Shown here in pieces: positions 27,180-37,042 of a DNA stretch of 64,000 nucleotides. The DNA lies in contig JAZSKE010000031.1 of the NCBI GenBank assembly GCA_045534675.1, positions 20,043-84,042 on the forward strand, in the 5' to 3' direction. Every line of letters begins with the position of its first letter. Position 1 is the first letter of the stretch. The translations under genes and the position numbers were made by a program. The notes beneath the pieces are model-generated. The model saw nothing but the letters and a program-made list of their open reading frames with translations, was not told the DNA's origin and did not search any database. The stretch is from Acutalibacteraceae bacterium (GTDB lineage: Bacteria > Bacillota > Clostridia > Oscillospirales > Acutalibacteraceae).

Positions 27180-29924
27180 ATGGCTAATACAAAAAGCAAA
27201 AATACTAAAGGAAATACAAAAAAGAGTACCTCTAAAAAGGGAAGCACAAAAAAATCTTCTGCTAAAAAGGGCAAAACAAATTATGTCAGCTCAAAAACCG
27301 GCAGAAGCGTTCCCTTTAGCGAGCAGTACTATAACGCAATAATGCTCAGCTATCTTCTCGGCGGTCTGCTTATGTTCTTTTTTGCTGTTATAAAAGGTTC
27401 AAATGTGTGGACAGGCATCAGAAGCACCTTCTTTGCTGTTTTCGGCACTTCGTTTTATCTTCTTTTTGTTCAGACTGTTGTTGTTGGCATAAGAATGGCA
27501 CTTCACAACCTCAAGAGAAGTCTGCTTGTTACCAATATCTTCGGTTTCCTCTTTAACGGCAGTGTGGCAGGCATTATTCATCTTATTGTCAGTTCGGCCG
27601 AAAACACAACTTTTGCAGAGCAGTTTAAAGAAACCGTAGGCATTTCCTGGCAGATCGGTCAGGGCACATTTGAGTTTTCAGGCGGTATAATCGGCGTACT
27701 TTTCGGCGGCGGACCTCTTTTTGCCTGCGGCAAGAGCGGAGCTTTTGTTATCGTTATTGCTCTTTGTCTCGTTAGCTTATTCTTCCATATCGGAGTTGAA
27801 ACCAACTCAATCGGCGACAGCGTTTCAGGTGCTATAAACGGCGGCAAAAACAAGCTTGACGAGAGTGCAGAAAACCTCAAGGTTAAAAACGCGGAGAGAC
27901 AGCGTATCCGTGCAGAAAAAATTGAAGAGGAAAAGCGTAAGCGCGAGGAAGAACAGCAGCAAAGTCAGGCAGAGGTCTTCGATTTCAACAGCACTGAAAT
28001 TGAGCTTGACCCCGAAAATATGGTTGACAGAGAAACAGGTGTGCCTCTTCGCAAGTTAAAGAAATATTATCCTGAAAATAAGCTTTTCAGTTTTGAACGC
28101 GATGAGGAATTTACTGAAACGGGTAAGAGCGTTAAGCTCAGTGAAATGGATTTTATATCCGAGAGTGAATATGCAAAGCCTCGTATGCCTCATAAGAAAA
28201 CTCCCGTTGAAGAAAAACTTGCTTCCTTTATCAGTGATGCAATGCCGGGGGCTGAGCCTGTTGAGGAAAGAAATGTTAGAAAGGTAACACCTGAAAAGAG
28301 CGACGAAGAGGAGATTATAAATAAAGCGGTTCAGAACGCCGATGAAAGTCTCAAGAAAAATAAAACCGAGGTTGAAAACTATAAGCAGGAAAAGAAAAAG
28401 CGTGATTATATCCTGCCGCCTATAGATTGCCTTAACCAGCCTGAATTTTCTTCAAGTGAAGGCTTTGCAAATGAAATGCAGACCACTTCCAAGAAGCTTG
28501 TTGAGGTTCTCTCTTCCTTCGGCGTTGAAACAAAGCTTGTAGGCATCAGCAGAGGCCCCTCTGTAACAAGATATGAGCTTTCACCTGCTCCCGGTGTCAA
28601 AATCAGCAAGATAACAAACCTTGCAGACGATATTGCGCTCGGACTTGCTTCAAGCGGTGTGCGTATCGAGGCTCCAATTCCCAATAAATCTGCCGTGGGT
28701 ATAGAGGTTCCCAATAAGAGCCGCTCTACCGTGACACTCAGAGAAATCATCTCTTCGGCAGAGTATAAGAAGCACGCAGGCAAGCTTCTGACAGTTGCTC
28801 TGGGTAAAGATATCACAGGTAACGTCAACTGTGCCGACCTTTCAAAGATGCCCCACCTTCTTATTGCAGGTACTACCGGCTCAGGTAAATCGGTGTGTCT
28901 TAACTGCATGATTACAAGCATTCTCTATAATGCAACACCCTCTCAGGTCAAGCTTCTTATGATTGACCCTAAGCAGGTTGAATTTACCGTCTATAACGGT
29001 ATTCCCCATCTTCTTGTACCCGTAATCACCGATGCGAGAAAGGCAGCCGGCTCACTTGCCTGGGCTGTAAGCGAAATGGATAACCGTTACAAAGCTTTCT
29101 CAAACTGCGGTGTCAGAGATATCGGCGGCTTCAACAAATATGTGAAGTCACATCCCGAAATGGAGCCTATGCCTCAGATAGTTATTTTCATCGACGAGCT
29201 CAACGACCTTATGATGGTGTCACCTAAGGAGGTTGAAGATTCTATCTGTCGTCTTGCTCAGAAGGCAAGAGCCGCAGGTATGCACCTTGTTGTTGCAACT
29301 CAGAGACCTTCAGTTGACGTTATTACAGGCGTCATCAAGGCTAATATTCCCGCAAGACTTTCACTTTCAGTTTCATCACAGGTCGACTCAAGAACAATCC
29401 TTGACTGCATCGGTGCTGAAAATCTTCTCGGTAACGGTGATATGCTCTTCAGCCCTTTAGGTATCACAAAGCCCGTTCGTATTCAGGGTGCTTATCTCAG
29501 TGATGAAGAAATAGAAAGAATTGTTACTTTCATAAAGAGCCAGGAAAATGCAGAGTACGACGATGACATTATGTCTGAAATCGAGCGTAATGCCGCCGCT
29601 GACAATTCATCAAAGAAAAAGGGTGGCAGTGCTGCTTCCGTAGCTGACGAAGGCGGAAACTATGATGCTCTTATTGAAGACGCCATGGATCTTGTTACTC
29701 TCGGTGATATTGCTTCAACAACTGCAATTCAGAGAAAGCTCGGAGTAGGCTATGCAAGAGCAGGCAGAATTATGGACCAGCTTGAAGAGCTTGGATTTGT
29801 AGGTGCTGCCGAAGGCAACAAACCCAGAAAAGTACTTGTGTCACGCGCTCAGTATCTTGAGATGAAGGCTGCAGGCAGTGAGCCTGATACCGTACCCGAG
29901 GAATATGATATTTTTTCAGATTAA
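27180..29924 (+). CDS. ftsK: DNA translocase FtsK/SpoIIIE
   Basis: Lys-rich N-terminus, TM block, Walker A GTTGSGKS, ATQRPSVDVITG, and a C-terminal gamma winged helix. Confidence 0.93.
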   Translation: MANTKSKNTKGNTKKSTSKKGSTKKSSAKKGKTNYVSSKTGRSVPFSEQYYNAIMLSYLLGGLLMFFFAVIKGSNVWTGIRSTFFAVFGTSFYLLFVQTVVVGIRMALHNLKRSLLVTNIFGFLFNGSVAGIIHLIVSSAENTTFAEQFKETVGISWQIGQGTFEFSGGIIGVLFGGGPLFACGKSGAFVIVIALCLVSLFFHIGVETNSIGDSVSGAINGGKNKLDESAENLKVKNAERQRIRAEKIEEEKRKREEEQQQSQAEVFDFNSTEIELDPENMVDRETGVPLRKLKKYYPENKLFSFERDEEFTETGKSVKLSEMDFISESEYAKPRMPHKKTPVEEKLASFISDAMPGAEPVEERNVRKVTPEKSDEEEIINKAVQNADESLKKNKTEVENYKQEKKKRDYILPPIDCLNQPEFSSSEGFANEMQTTSKKLVEVLSSFGVETKLVGISRGPSVTRYELSPAPGVKISKITNLADDIALGLASSGVRIEAPIPNKSAVGIEVPNKSRSTVTLREIISSAEYKKHAGKLLTVALGKDITGNVNCADLSKMPHLLIAGTTGSGKSVCLNCMITSILYNATPSQVKLLMIDPKQVEFTVYNGIPHLLVPVITDARKAAGSLAWAVSEMDNRYKAFSNCGVRDIGGFNKYVKSHPEMEPMPQIVIFIDELNDLMMVSPKEVEDSICRLAQKARAAGMHLVVATQRPSVDVITGVIKANIPARLSLSVSSQVDSRTILDCIGAENLLGNGDMLFSPLGITKPVRIQGAYLSDEEIERIVTFIKSQENAEYDDDIMSEIERNAAADNSSKKKGGSAASVADEGGNYDALIEDAMDLVTLGDIASTTAIQRKLGVGYARAGRIMDQLEELGFVGAAEGNKPRKVLVSRAQYLEMKAAGSEPDTVPEEYDIFSD

Positions 29925-29971
29925 GTAAAGGAATGGGGCAGGGATTATCTCTGCCCTTGTAAAGATTTATT

Positions 29972-31846
29972 ATGAGTGATTTTTTACCCATTAACAAACA
30001 GGATGCTCTCAGCCGCGGTTGGGATGAAGTGGACTTTGTTTATGTTATAGGTGATGCCTATGTTGACCATCCATCCTTCGGTCATGCTATTATATCGAGA
30101 GTCCTTGAATATAACGGCTTTACCGTTGGCTTTATTTCACAGCCCGACTGGCACACCTGTGAGCCATTCAAGGAATATGGCAGGCCGCGACTTGGTTTTC
30201 TTGTGTCTTCGGGCAATATAGATTCAATGGTTGCTCATTACACTGCTGCGAAGAAAAAGCGCAGTGAAGATGCCTATACTCCCGGCGGTGTTGCAGGGGC
30301 AAGACCCGACAGAGCAGTTATTGTCTACTGTAACCGCATACGTGAGGCCTACGGCAGTGTACCCATAATTATCGGCGGACTTGAAGCCTCGCTTCGCCGT
30401 TTTGCTCACTATGACTATTGGGACGATAAAATCAGACGAAGCATACTTTTCGATTCGGGCGCAGATATTATTTCCTACGGCATGGGCGAAAAAAGCATAA
30501 CCGAAATTGCCGAGCGTCTGAGAATGGGTGAGGATATCTCTTCAATAAGAGATGTAAGAGGTACTTGCTATATATGTGATGTGACTGAAACTCCGCTGAC
30601 GGGCGCAGAATGTCCCTCGTATGAAAACGTTGTCAAGAGCAAGAAAGAATATGCAGTTTCCTGCCGTATTCAGCAGGACGAGCAGGATCACATAAGAGGC
30701 AAAATCATCAAGCAGCGTCACGGCAACAAAATGCTTGTGCAAAATCCGCCTATGACTCCTCTGACAACTGCGGAGCTTGACGAAATCTATACCTTACCTT
30801 TCATGCGTACCTATCACCCTTCTTATGAAGAAAAGGGCGGCGTGCCGGGTATAGAAGAGGTTAAATTTTCTATAACCCACAACAGAGGATGCTTCGGCGG
30901 ATGTAACTTCTGTTCAATTGCTTTCCATCAGGGTAGATATGTCACTTCAAGAAGCAAGAAATCCGTTTTGAGTGAAGCTGAGCTGCTGACAAAAATGCCC
31001 GACTTCAAGGGCTACATTCACGATGTGGGCGGACCTACGGCAAACTTCCGTCAGCCATCATGCGAAAAGCAGAAAACACTTGGTCTTTGCAAGGGCAAGC
31101 ACTGTCTTGCACCTAAGGTTTGTCCAAATCTTAAGGCGGATCACAGTGAATATATAGATATTCTCCGTGATATGAGAAAAATAGAGGGTGTCAAGAAGGT
31201 TTTTATCCGTTCGGGTATCCGCTATGACTATATGCTCAGTGACCCTGACGAAACATTTTTCAAGGAGCTTATCCGATATCATGTCAGCGGTCAGCTTAAG
31301 GTAGCTCCCGAGCATTGCAGTGCTATGGTGCTGGAGAAGATGGGTAAGCCCTACATCGACACCTATGTGAGATTTTCGCAGCGTTATTTCGAGCTTTCAA
31401 AAAGTGCAGGCAAAGAGCAGTATCTTGTGCCTTATCTTATGTCCAGCCACCCCGGCTCACGCCTTGAGGATGCAATTGAGCTTTCTCTTTTCCTTAAAAA
31501 GAGAAAAATCAGACCCGAGCAGGTGCAGGATTTCTATCCCACCCCCGGCACAATTTCAACCTGTATGTTCTACACGGAGCTTGACCCCTACACAATGAAA
31601 GAGGTTTTTGTTGCAAAAACTCCCGAAGAAAAAGCTATGCAGCGCGCCTTGCTTCAATATTACAACCCTGCAAATAAAGAAATCATAACAAAGGCACTTA
31701 AAAAAGCAGGTCGCTTTGACCTTATTGGTGACGGTGAAAAATGTCTTGTCAAGAGTACCGCGACAAAGAAAGCACCTTACGGCAAAAACAAACCCGCCGA
31801 GAAAAACAGATACGGAGGAAAGAATTATGGCAAGAAGAAAAAGTAA
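29972..31846 (+). CDS. YgiQ-family (UPF0313) radical SAM protein with Lys-rich tail
   Basis: N-terminal GWDEVDFVYVIGDAYVDHPSFGHAII and a radical-SAM cluster motif CFGGCNFC. Confidence 0.85.
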   Translation: MSDFLPINKQDALSRGWDEVDFVYVIGDAYVDHPSFGHAIISRVLEYNGFTVGFISQPDWHTCEPFKEYGRPRLGFLVSSGNIDSMVAHYTAAKKKRSEDAYTPGGVAGARPDRAVIVYCNRIREAYGSVPIIIGGLEASLRRFAHYDYWDDKIRRSILFDSGADIISYGMGEKSITEIAERLRMGEDISSIRDVRGTCYICDVTETPLTGAECPSYENVVKSKKEYAVSCRIQQDEQDHIRGKIIKQRHGNKMLVQNPPMTPLTTAELDEIYTLPFMRTYHPSYEEKGGVPGIEEVKFSITHNRGCFGGCNFCSIAFHQGRYVTSRSKKSVLSEAELLTKMPDFKGYIHDVGGPTANFRQPSCEKQKTLGLCKGKHCLAPKVCPNLKADHSEYIDILRDMRKIEGVKKVFIRSGIRYDYMLSDPDETFFKELIRYHVSGQLKVAPEHCSAMVLEKMGKPYIDTYVRFSQRYFELSKSAGKEQYLVPYLMSSHPGSRLEDAIELSLFLKKRKIRPEQVQDFYPTPGTISTCMFYTELDPYTMKEVFVAKTPEEKAMQRALLQYYNPANKEIITKALKKAGRFDLIGDGEKCLVKSTATKKAPYGKNKPAEKNRYGGKNYGKKKK

Positions 31847-32732
31847 GAAGAAGACTAAAAAACTTATAGGTATCATTATTGCAATTATCCTTGCATTTTT
31901 AGCTTATGAGGCAAAGGATATTGCTACTGTCAGTGTAGGTGACAGTGACTTTGCCAAAGGGGATGCAGTTTATGTGCATTTCATTGATGTGGGACAAGGC
32001 AGCGCAACCCTCATTCAGAAGGGTACAACCGGTGTAATAATCGATGCCGGTGAAAAGGATTACGGTGAAGTTGTTGTGGATTATCTGAAAAAAGTCGGTA
32101 TAACCGAACTTGAGCTTGCAGTGGCTTCACACCCACACTCTGACCATATAGGCGGACTTGATGAGGTGATAAATGCTCTCCCCGTTGACAAAATAGTTTT
32201 ACCTGAGCTGACGGAGAAAAACACACCTACAACAAGGGTGTATGAGGATTTACTTGAAGCAATTTACGATAACGGAACAGTTGCAGAATTTATTTTTGAC
32301 GAGGGATATCACCTTAATTTTGACGATGATATAACAATGAGCATAATTGCCCCCGTTGAGCAGAGTGATAATCTTAATAATATGTCTTTGATATGTTATA
32401 TTGACGTTTTTGACACAACTTTTGCAGTTCTTGCCGATGCAGAAAAAGATGAACTCAGGGGCATTTACAACGAAAAAGATATATATGGCTTTGATGCTGA
32501 TGTAATCGCACTCGGTCACCACGGCTCAAGCACATCAATATATAAGCCTTTCCTCGATGCAGTTGATGCCGATGTTGCAGTGATTTCCTGCGGTAAGGAT
32601 AACAGCTACGGTCATCCGCATAAAGAGGCACTCGACTATATTTCGCAGAATAATATGACATGCCTTCGTACCGATGAAAGCAGTGATATCATTTTCAAGG
32701 TGACAGCAGAAGGCTACAGTCTTGTTGATTAA
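31827..32732 (+). CDS. Membrane-anchored MBL-fold hydrolase (ComEC C-terminal-domain-like)
   Basis: Signal anchor LIGIIIAIILAFLA and an HPHSDH metal motif. The ORF opens at 31716 inside ygiQ, but ATG 31827 after GGAGGAA is the likely start. Confidence 0.75.
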   Translation: MARRKSKKKTKKLIGIIIAIILAFLAYEAKDIATVSVGDSDFAKGDAVYVHFIDVGQGSATLIQKGTTGVIIDAGEKDYGEVVVDYLKKVGITELELAVASHPHSDHIGGLDEVINALPVDKIVLPELTEKNTPTTRVYEDLLEAIYDNGTVAEFIFDEGYHLNFDDDITMSIIAPVEQSDNLNNMSLICYIDVFDTTFAVLADAEKDELRGIYNEKDIYGFDADVIALGHHGSSTSIYKPFLDAVDADVAVISCGKDNSYGHPHKEALDYISQNNMTCLRTDESSDIIFKVTAEGYSLVD

Positions 32733-32746
32733 TCGGGAGGCTAATT

Positions 32747-32971
32747 ATGGAAAAGCTTATAGTTGACAGAATAACCGAAGGTGTAGCAGTTCTCGAAAAA
32801 GAAGACAGAAGTCATATTGAAGTGTCTCTCTCAGACATCGGAATTGATATAACAGAGGGGAGTGTCCTTCTCTTTGACGGGACGAAATATACTGCTGATG
32901 CCAATGAAGAAGATGAAAGAAGAAGAAGAATCTTTGCAATGCAGGAAATGTTGAAAAAAAGGAAGTCCTGA
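32747..32971 (+). CDS. DUF3006-like small protein
   Basis: 74 aa with the DRITEGVAVLE...EGSVLLFDG pattern typical of DUF3006, which commonly follows ComEC-like MBL genes. Confidence 0.6.
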   Translation: MEKLIVDRITEGVAVLEKEDRSHIEVSLSDIGIDITEGSVLLFDGTKYTADANEEDERRRRIFAMQEMLKKRKS

Positions 32972-32984
32972 GTTTAAAGCAAGT

Positions 32985-33072
32985 CAGCGGCAGGCGGCTC
33001 CACAGCCGAACACCGTTCGGCGCGGCTACGGCGTTGCCGTAAATCGCTTTGCGATTTTGCGAAGCCGCCTCA
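32985..33072 (+). repeat. Cloverleaf-like structured intergenic element, copy 3 (divergent)
   Basis: Same four-stem layout, with compensatory changes in hairpin 1 (GCCGAAC-acc-GTTCGGC). Confidence 0.7.
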
Positions 33073-33119
33073 TTCATAACTTTAATTCCCGAAACAGGAA
33101 AAAAATCACATAAAAACTA

Positions 33120-33148
33120 TTGACTTAATCCCCACACTGTGCTATAAT
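33120..33148 (+). promoter_or_regulatory. Sigma-A promoter for rpsB-tsf
   Basis: TTGACT, 17-nt spacer, TGcTATAAT (extended -10). Confidence 0.6.
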
Positions 33149-33154
33149 CTTTGC

Positions 33155-33260
33155 CGATAACGCACGCGTGGGGATTGGTGCGCCCGTTTCACTCCGACGG
33201 GGTGTGGCTCGCTTTAGAACCCGCGGTGGTTAAAAAAACGAAAAAAGGGAGGATATTACA
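33155..33260 (+). promoter_or_regulatory. GC-rich structured 5' leader of rpsB
   Basis: Hairpins CGCAC...GTGCG and CCCGT...ACGGG sit in an otherwise AT-rich intergenic context. Confidence 0.3.
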
Positions 33261-34004
33261 ATGTCAGTAGTATCAATGAAACAGCTCCTCGAAGCTGGCG
33301 TTCATTTCGGTCACCAGACAAGAAGATGGAACCCGAAAATGAGCAAGTACATCTATGTAGAAAGAAACGGTATCCACATCATCGACCTTCAGAAGACAGT
33401 GAAGAAGCTTGAAGAAGCTTACTCATTCATCCGTGAGGTTGCTGCAGACGGCGGCGAAGTTCTCTTCGTTGGCACAAAGAAGCAGGCTATGGATTCAGTT
33501 CGCGAAGAAGCTATCCGTGCAGGTATGCCCTATGTTAACGCTCGTTGGCTCGGCGGTATGATGACTAACTTCGAAACAATCAAGAAGAGAATCAAGAGAC
33601 TCGAACAGCTCAAGGCTATGGAAGCAGACGGCACATTCGCTCTTCTTCCCAAGAAGGAAGTTATCAAGCTCCAGCTTGAAACAGAAAAGCTTGAAAAGTT
33701 CATCGGCGGTATCTCAGGCATGAAGAAGCAGCCCGCTGCACTCTTCATCGTAGACCCCAGAAAAGAAAAGATTGCTGTTGCTGAAGCTCCCAGGTTCTCC
33801 ATGCCCGTAGTTGCTACCGTTGACACAAACTGTGATCCCGACGAAGTTGATTACGTAATCCCCGGTAACGACGACGCTATCAGAGCTGTAAGACTTATTG
33901 CAGGCGCTATGGCTGATGCAGTTATCGAAGGCAGACAGGGCGAATCAAACGCTCCCGTAGCAGAAGAAGCAGTTGAAGAAGCTGCAGAAGTTGCTGCTGA
34001 ATAA
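33261..34004 (+). CDS. rpsB: 30S ribosomal protein S2
   Basis: [19 protein letters not shown] signature. Confidence 0.97.
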   Translation: MSVVSMKQLLEAGVHFGHQTRRWNPKMSKYIYVERNGIHIIDLQKTVKKLEEAYSFIREVAADGGEVLFVGTKKQAMDSVREEAIRAGMPYVNARWLGGMMTNFETIKKRIKRLEQLKAMEADGTFALLPKKEVIKLQLETEKLEKFIGGISGMKKQPAALFIVDPRKEKIAVAEAPRFSMPVVATVDTNCDPDEVDYVIPGNDDAIRAVRLIAGAMADAVIEGRQGESNAPVAEEAVEEAAEVAAE

Positions 34005-34047
34005 TTTGACTTAAATCTTATACTATATAATATAGGAGGAATTTATT

Positions 34048-35151
34048 ATGGCATTTACAGCTAAAGACGTACAGAATCTTCGTGAGAAGACCGGCGTTGG
34101 CATGATGGACTGCAAGAAGGCTCTTGTAGAAGCTGACGGCGATATTGATAAGGCTATGGACATCCTCAGAGAAAAGGGTCTTGCTTCTGCAACTAAGAAG
34201 GCAAGCCGTGTTGCTGCTGAAGGCATTGTTGCTGCTTACAATGACGGTAAAGCAGGCGCTCTTGTTGAAATCAACTGTGAAACAGACTTCGTTGCTAAGG
34301 GCGAACCCTTTGTTAACCTTGCTGCTAAGGTTGTTAAGACTGTTGTTGCTGCAAAGCCTGCTGATCTTGAAGCACTCCTTGCTACAAAGGCAGTTGATTC
34401 TAATTTTACAGTTGAAGAAGAAGTACAGGAGGTTTTCCTTGCTCTTCGTGAAAACATGAAAGTTCGTAGATTTGCTCTTGTTGAAGGTCATGTTGCAACA
34501 TATATTCATGCCGGCGGTTCAGTTGGTGTTCTTGTTGCATTTGATGTTGATGATGAAACAGCTGCTAAGGCTGAATTTGATGCAATGGGCAAAAACGTTG
34601 CTATGCAGATCGCAGCTATGAGCCCCGAATATTTAGGTAAGGCTGACATCTCAGATGAAGAGCTTGCTAAGATGAAGTCAATTACAGTTGACAGCGCTCT
34701 CAATAAGCCCGATTCACTTCCTGTTCCTGTTCTTAATAGCCTCATTGAAGAAGCTATGAATGAGAATAAGTGGAGCGATGAAGACATCACAATTTATAAG
34801 GGTCTTGACCAGAAGCAGAGAAAGAACTTTGTTAACTTCATTTCAGACGCTGCTTATGCTTCTCTTGTTGAAATCGCTGTTTCACACAAGGCTGAAATTG
34901 CTGAAAACAAGATCTTCGTTGGTCTTGTTCAGGGTCGTCTCGCAAAGCAGATCAAGGAAGTTTGTCTTCTTGAACAGACATTCGTTCGTTCAGACCTCTT
35001 TGACGGCGATGTTAACGGCTATGTAAACTCAGTAGCTAAGGAGCTTGGCGCTGACATCAAGGTTAAGAGCTTTGTTCGTTTTGCTAAGGGCGAAGGCATT
35101 GAAAAGAAGGTTGACGATTTCGCAGCTGAAATCGCTTCAATGGTTAAATAA
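34048..35151 (+). CDS. tsf: Elongation factor Ts (long form, 367 aa)
   Basis: N-terminal UBA-like motif LREKTGVGMMDCKKAL. Follows rpsB. Confidence 0.93.
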   Translation: MAFTAKDVQNLREKTGVGMMDCKKALVEADGDIDKAMDILREKGLASATKKASRVAAEGIVAAYNDGKAGALVEINCETDFVAKGEPFVNLAAKVVKTVVAAKPADLEALLATKAVDSNFTVEEEVQEVFLALRENMKVRRFALVEGHVATYIHAGGSVGVLVAFDVDDETAAKAEFDAMGKNVAMQIAAMSPEYLGKADISDEELAKMKSITVDSALNKPDSLPVPVLNSLIEEAMNENKWSDEDITIYKGLDQKQRKNFVNFISDAAYASLVEIAVSHKAEIAENKIFVGLVQGRLAKQIKEVCLLEQTFVRSDLFDGDVNGYVNSVAKELGADIKVKSFVRFAKGEGIEKKVDDFAAEIASMVK

Positions 35152-35166
35152 GATTGTACCCATTAA

Positions 35167-35197
35167 ATCCTCCTCAATTTTGGGGAGGATTTTTTTG
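35167..35197 (+). terminator. Intrinsic terminator after tsf
   Basis: ATCCTCC-10 nt-GGAGGAT followed by T6. Confidence 0.8.
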
Positions 35198-35234
35198 AGG
35201 TAAAAAGTAAGAGGGAATAGTGAAGAGGTGCGGT

Positions 35235-35987
35235 ATGGCTAACACTGAAAAATTCACCGACAGAGCCGCAGTTTATACTGTGGGCAGACCGAATTACGCT
35301 GAGGGTTTCATAAATTATCTTTATGACGAGCTTGGTTTTTCCGATGAAAGTTTTATCGCAGATATTGGTTGCGGCACGGGTAAATTTGCAAAGCAGCTTC
35401 TTGATAGGGGTAGTTTTGTTTATGGTGTTGAGCCAAATGACGATATGCGTTATGTTGCTGAAAAGGAACTTCACGCTTACGATAAATTCAAATCAGTAAA
35501 AGGTGATGCGTCTCACACGACTTTGAGTGACAACAGTGTAGATTTTGTTACAGCTGCGCAGGCTTTTCACTGGTTTGATGTTGAAAAATTTCACTGTGAA
35601 TGTAAGCGAATATTGAAACCTGACGGAAAAGTCATTCTTATCTGGAATACCCGTGACATTAACGATGCGGTAAATAAAGAACTCTTTGAACTAAACAAGA
35701 AGTTTTGCTCTGAATTTAAGGGCTTCAGTGGCGGTATGAAAGAAGATGATGAACGAATTAACAATTTTTTTGGTGGCAAATATCAAAAACTCTCTTTTGA
35801 AAATCCGCTGTGCTTTAATGAAGAAAAATTTATCAACCGACTTCTTTCCGGCTCATATGCGCTGAAAGAAAGTGATAAACTTTACGACAAATATATACTG
35901 AACGCAAAAAACATATTTGATAAATATCACAATGACGGTATTGTTAAAATCGGTAATTCAACCGTTGCATACATTGGTTTGTTATAA
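35235..35987 (+). CDS. Class I SAM-dependent methyltransferase
   Basis: Motif I IADIGCGTGKF. Start placed at ATG 35235 after GAGGTG. Confidence 0.75.
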   Translation: MANTEKFTDRAAVYTVGRPNYAEGFINYLYDELGFSDESFIADIGCGTGKFAKQLLDRGSFVYGVEPNDDMRYVAEKELHAYDKFKSVKGDASHTTLSDNSVDFVTAAQAFHWFDVEKFHCECKRILKPDGKVILIWNTRDINDAVNKELFELNKKFCSEFKGFSGGMKEDDERINNFFGGKYQKLSFENPLCFNEEKFINRLLSGSYALKESDKLYDKYILNAKNIFDKYHNDGIVKIGNSTVAYIGLL

Positions 35988-36011
35988 ATTTTATAAATAT
36001 ACACATTCAAC

Positions 36012-36039
36012 TTGACAAATATACGTTTTAGTGTATAAT
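36012..36039 (+). promoter_or_regulatory. Sigma-A promoter for argCJBD
   Basis: TTGACA, 16-nt spacer, TATAAT. Confidence 0.55.
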
Positions 36040-36050
36040 ATTCCCATAAT

Positions 36051-36067
36051 ATGCATATTAATTGCAT
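36051..36067 (+). promoter_or_regulatory. Candidate ArgR (ARG-box-like) operator
   Basis: ATGCA-tattaat-TGCAT AT-rich palindrome just downstream of the -10, in front of an arginine biosynthesis operon. Confidence 0.35.
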
Positions 36068-36093
36068 AAATATCCCTTTAAGAAGGTTTTTTT

Positions 36094-37026
36094 ATGAATA
36101 AAATCAAAGTCTTTATAGACGGTCAGGCAGGCACAACAGGTCTGCAATTAAAAAGCAAATTAGTAAATCACCCCGGTGTGACTATACTTCAAATAGATAA
36201 TGATAAGCGAAAAGACACCGCCGAAAGACAGCGTCTTATGAATGAAAGTGATGTGGTTTTCCTCTGCCTTCCCGATGTGGCGGCAATTGAAGCGGTGAAG
36301 CTTGTCACAAATCCCGACACAGTAATAATCGATGCCAGCACGGCACACCGCACAGCTGACGGTTGGACTTATGGCTTCCCTGAGCTTTCTATGGCTCATT
36401 TTGACGCAATTAAAAATGCAAAGAGGATAGCAAATCCCGGCTGCCATGCAACAGGCTTCATATCTGTTGTGTACCCTCTGGTCAGTGCAGGTATTATGCC
36501 TTCATCTTACCCTGTAACCGCCCACAGTATTACGGGCTATAGCGGTGGCGGTAACAAAATGATTGCCGACTACGAAGACCCCGACAGAGAAGAAGAGCTT
36601 TCTTCCCCCAGACAGTACGGTCTTTCACAGAACCACAAGCATCTGCCTGAGATGAAAAAGATTACGGGACTTGACACTGAACCTGTATTTAATCCCATAG
36701 TAAGCGATTATTATTGCGGAATGGCAGTGAGTGTACCCGTTTACACTAAACTTCTGAATAAGCCAATGAGCGCAGAAGAGCTTTATAATTTCTTCAGCGA
36801 TTATTATAAAAACAGTGAATTTATTTCAGTGCATAAGTCTCCTGAAAGCGGTTTTCTTTCACCCATGGGACTTGAAGGCACAAACAAAATGGAAATTCAC
36901 GTCTGCGGAAATGCCGACAGAGTTACGATAACATCCGTCTTTGATAATCTCGGTAAGGGCGCATCCTCTGCAGCAATTGAAAATATGAATATAGCTATGG
37001 GATTCCCTATCACCACAGCACTGTAA
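36094..37026 (+). CDS. argC: N-acetyl-gamma-glutamyl-phosphate reductase
   Basis: Active-site NPGCHATG. Sits in the operon with argJ, argB and argD. Confidence 0.92.
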   Translation: MNKIKVFIDGQAGTTGLQLKSKLVNHPGVTILQIDNDKRKDTAERQRLMNESDVVFLCLPDVAAIEAVKLVTNPDTVIIDASTAHRTADGWTYGFPELSMAHFDAIKNAKRIANPGCHATGFISVVYPLVSAGIMPSSYPVTAHSITGYSGGGNKMIADYEDPDREEELSSPRQYGLSQNHKHLPEMKKITGLDTEPVFNPIVSDYYCGMAVSVPVYTKLLNKPMSAEELYNFFSDYYKNSEFISVHKSPESGFLSPMGLEGTNKMEIHVCGNADRVTITSVFDNLGKGASSAAIENMNIAMGFPITTAL

Positions 37027-37042
37027 GAAAAGAGGTAAGACT

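Noticed and set aside
31716-31826. Upstream extension of the MBL-fold hydrolase ORF overlapping ygiQ by 131 nt
   Set aside because: The internal ATG at 31827 has a GGAGGAA RBS and begins a typical basic, hydrophobic signal anchor. The extension is the alternate frame of the Lys-rich YgiQ tail.
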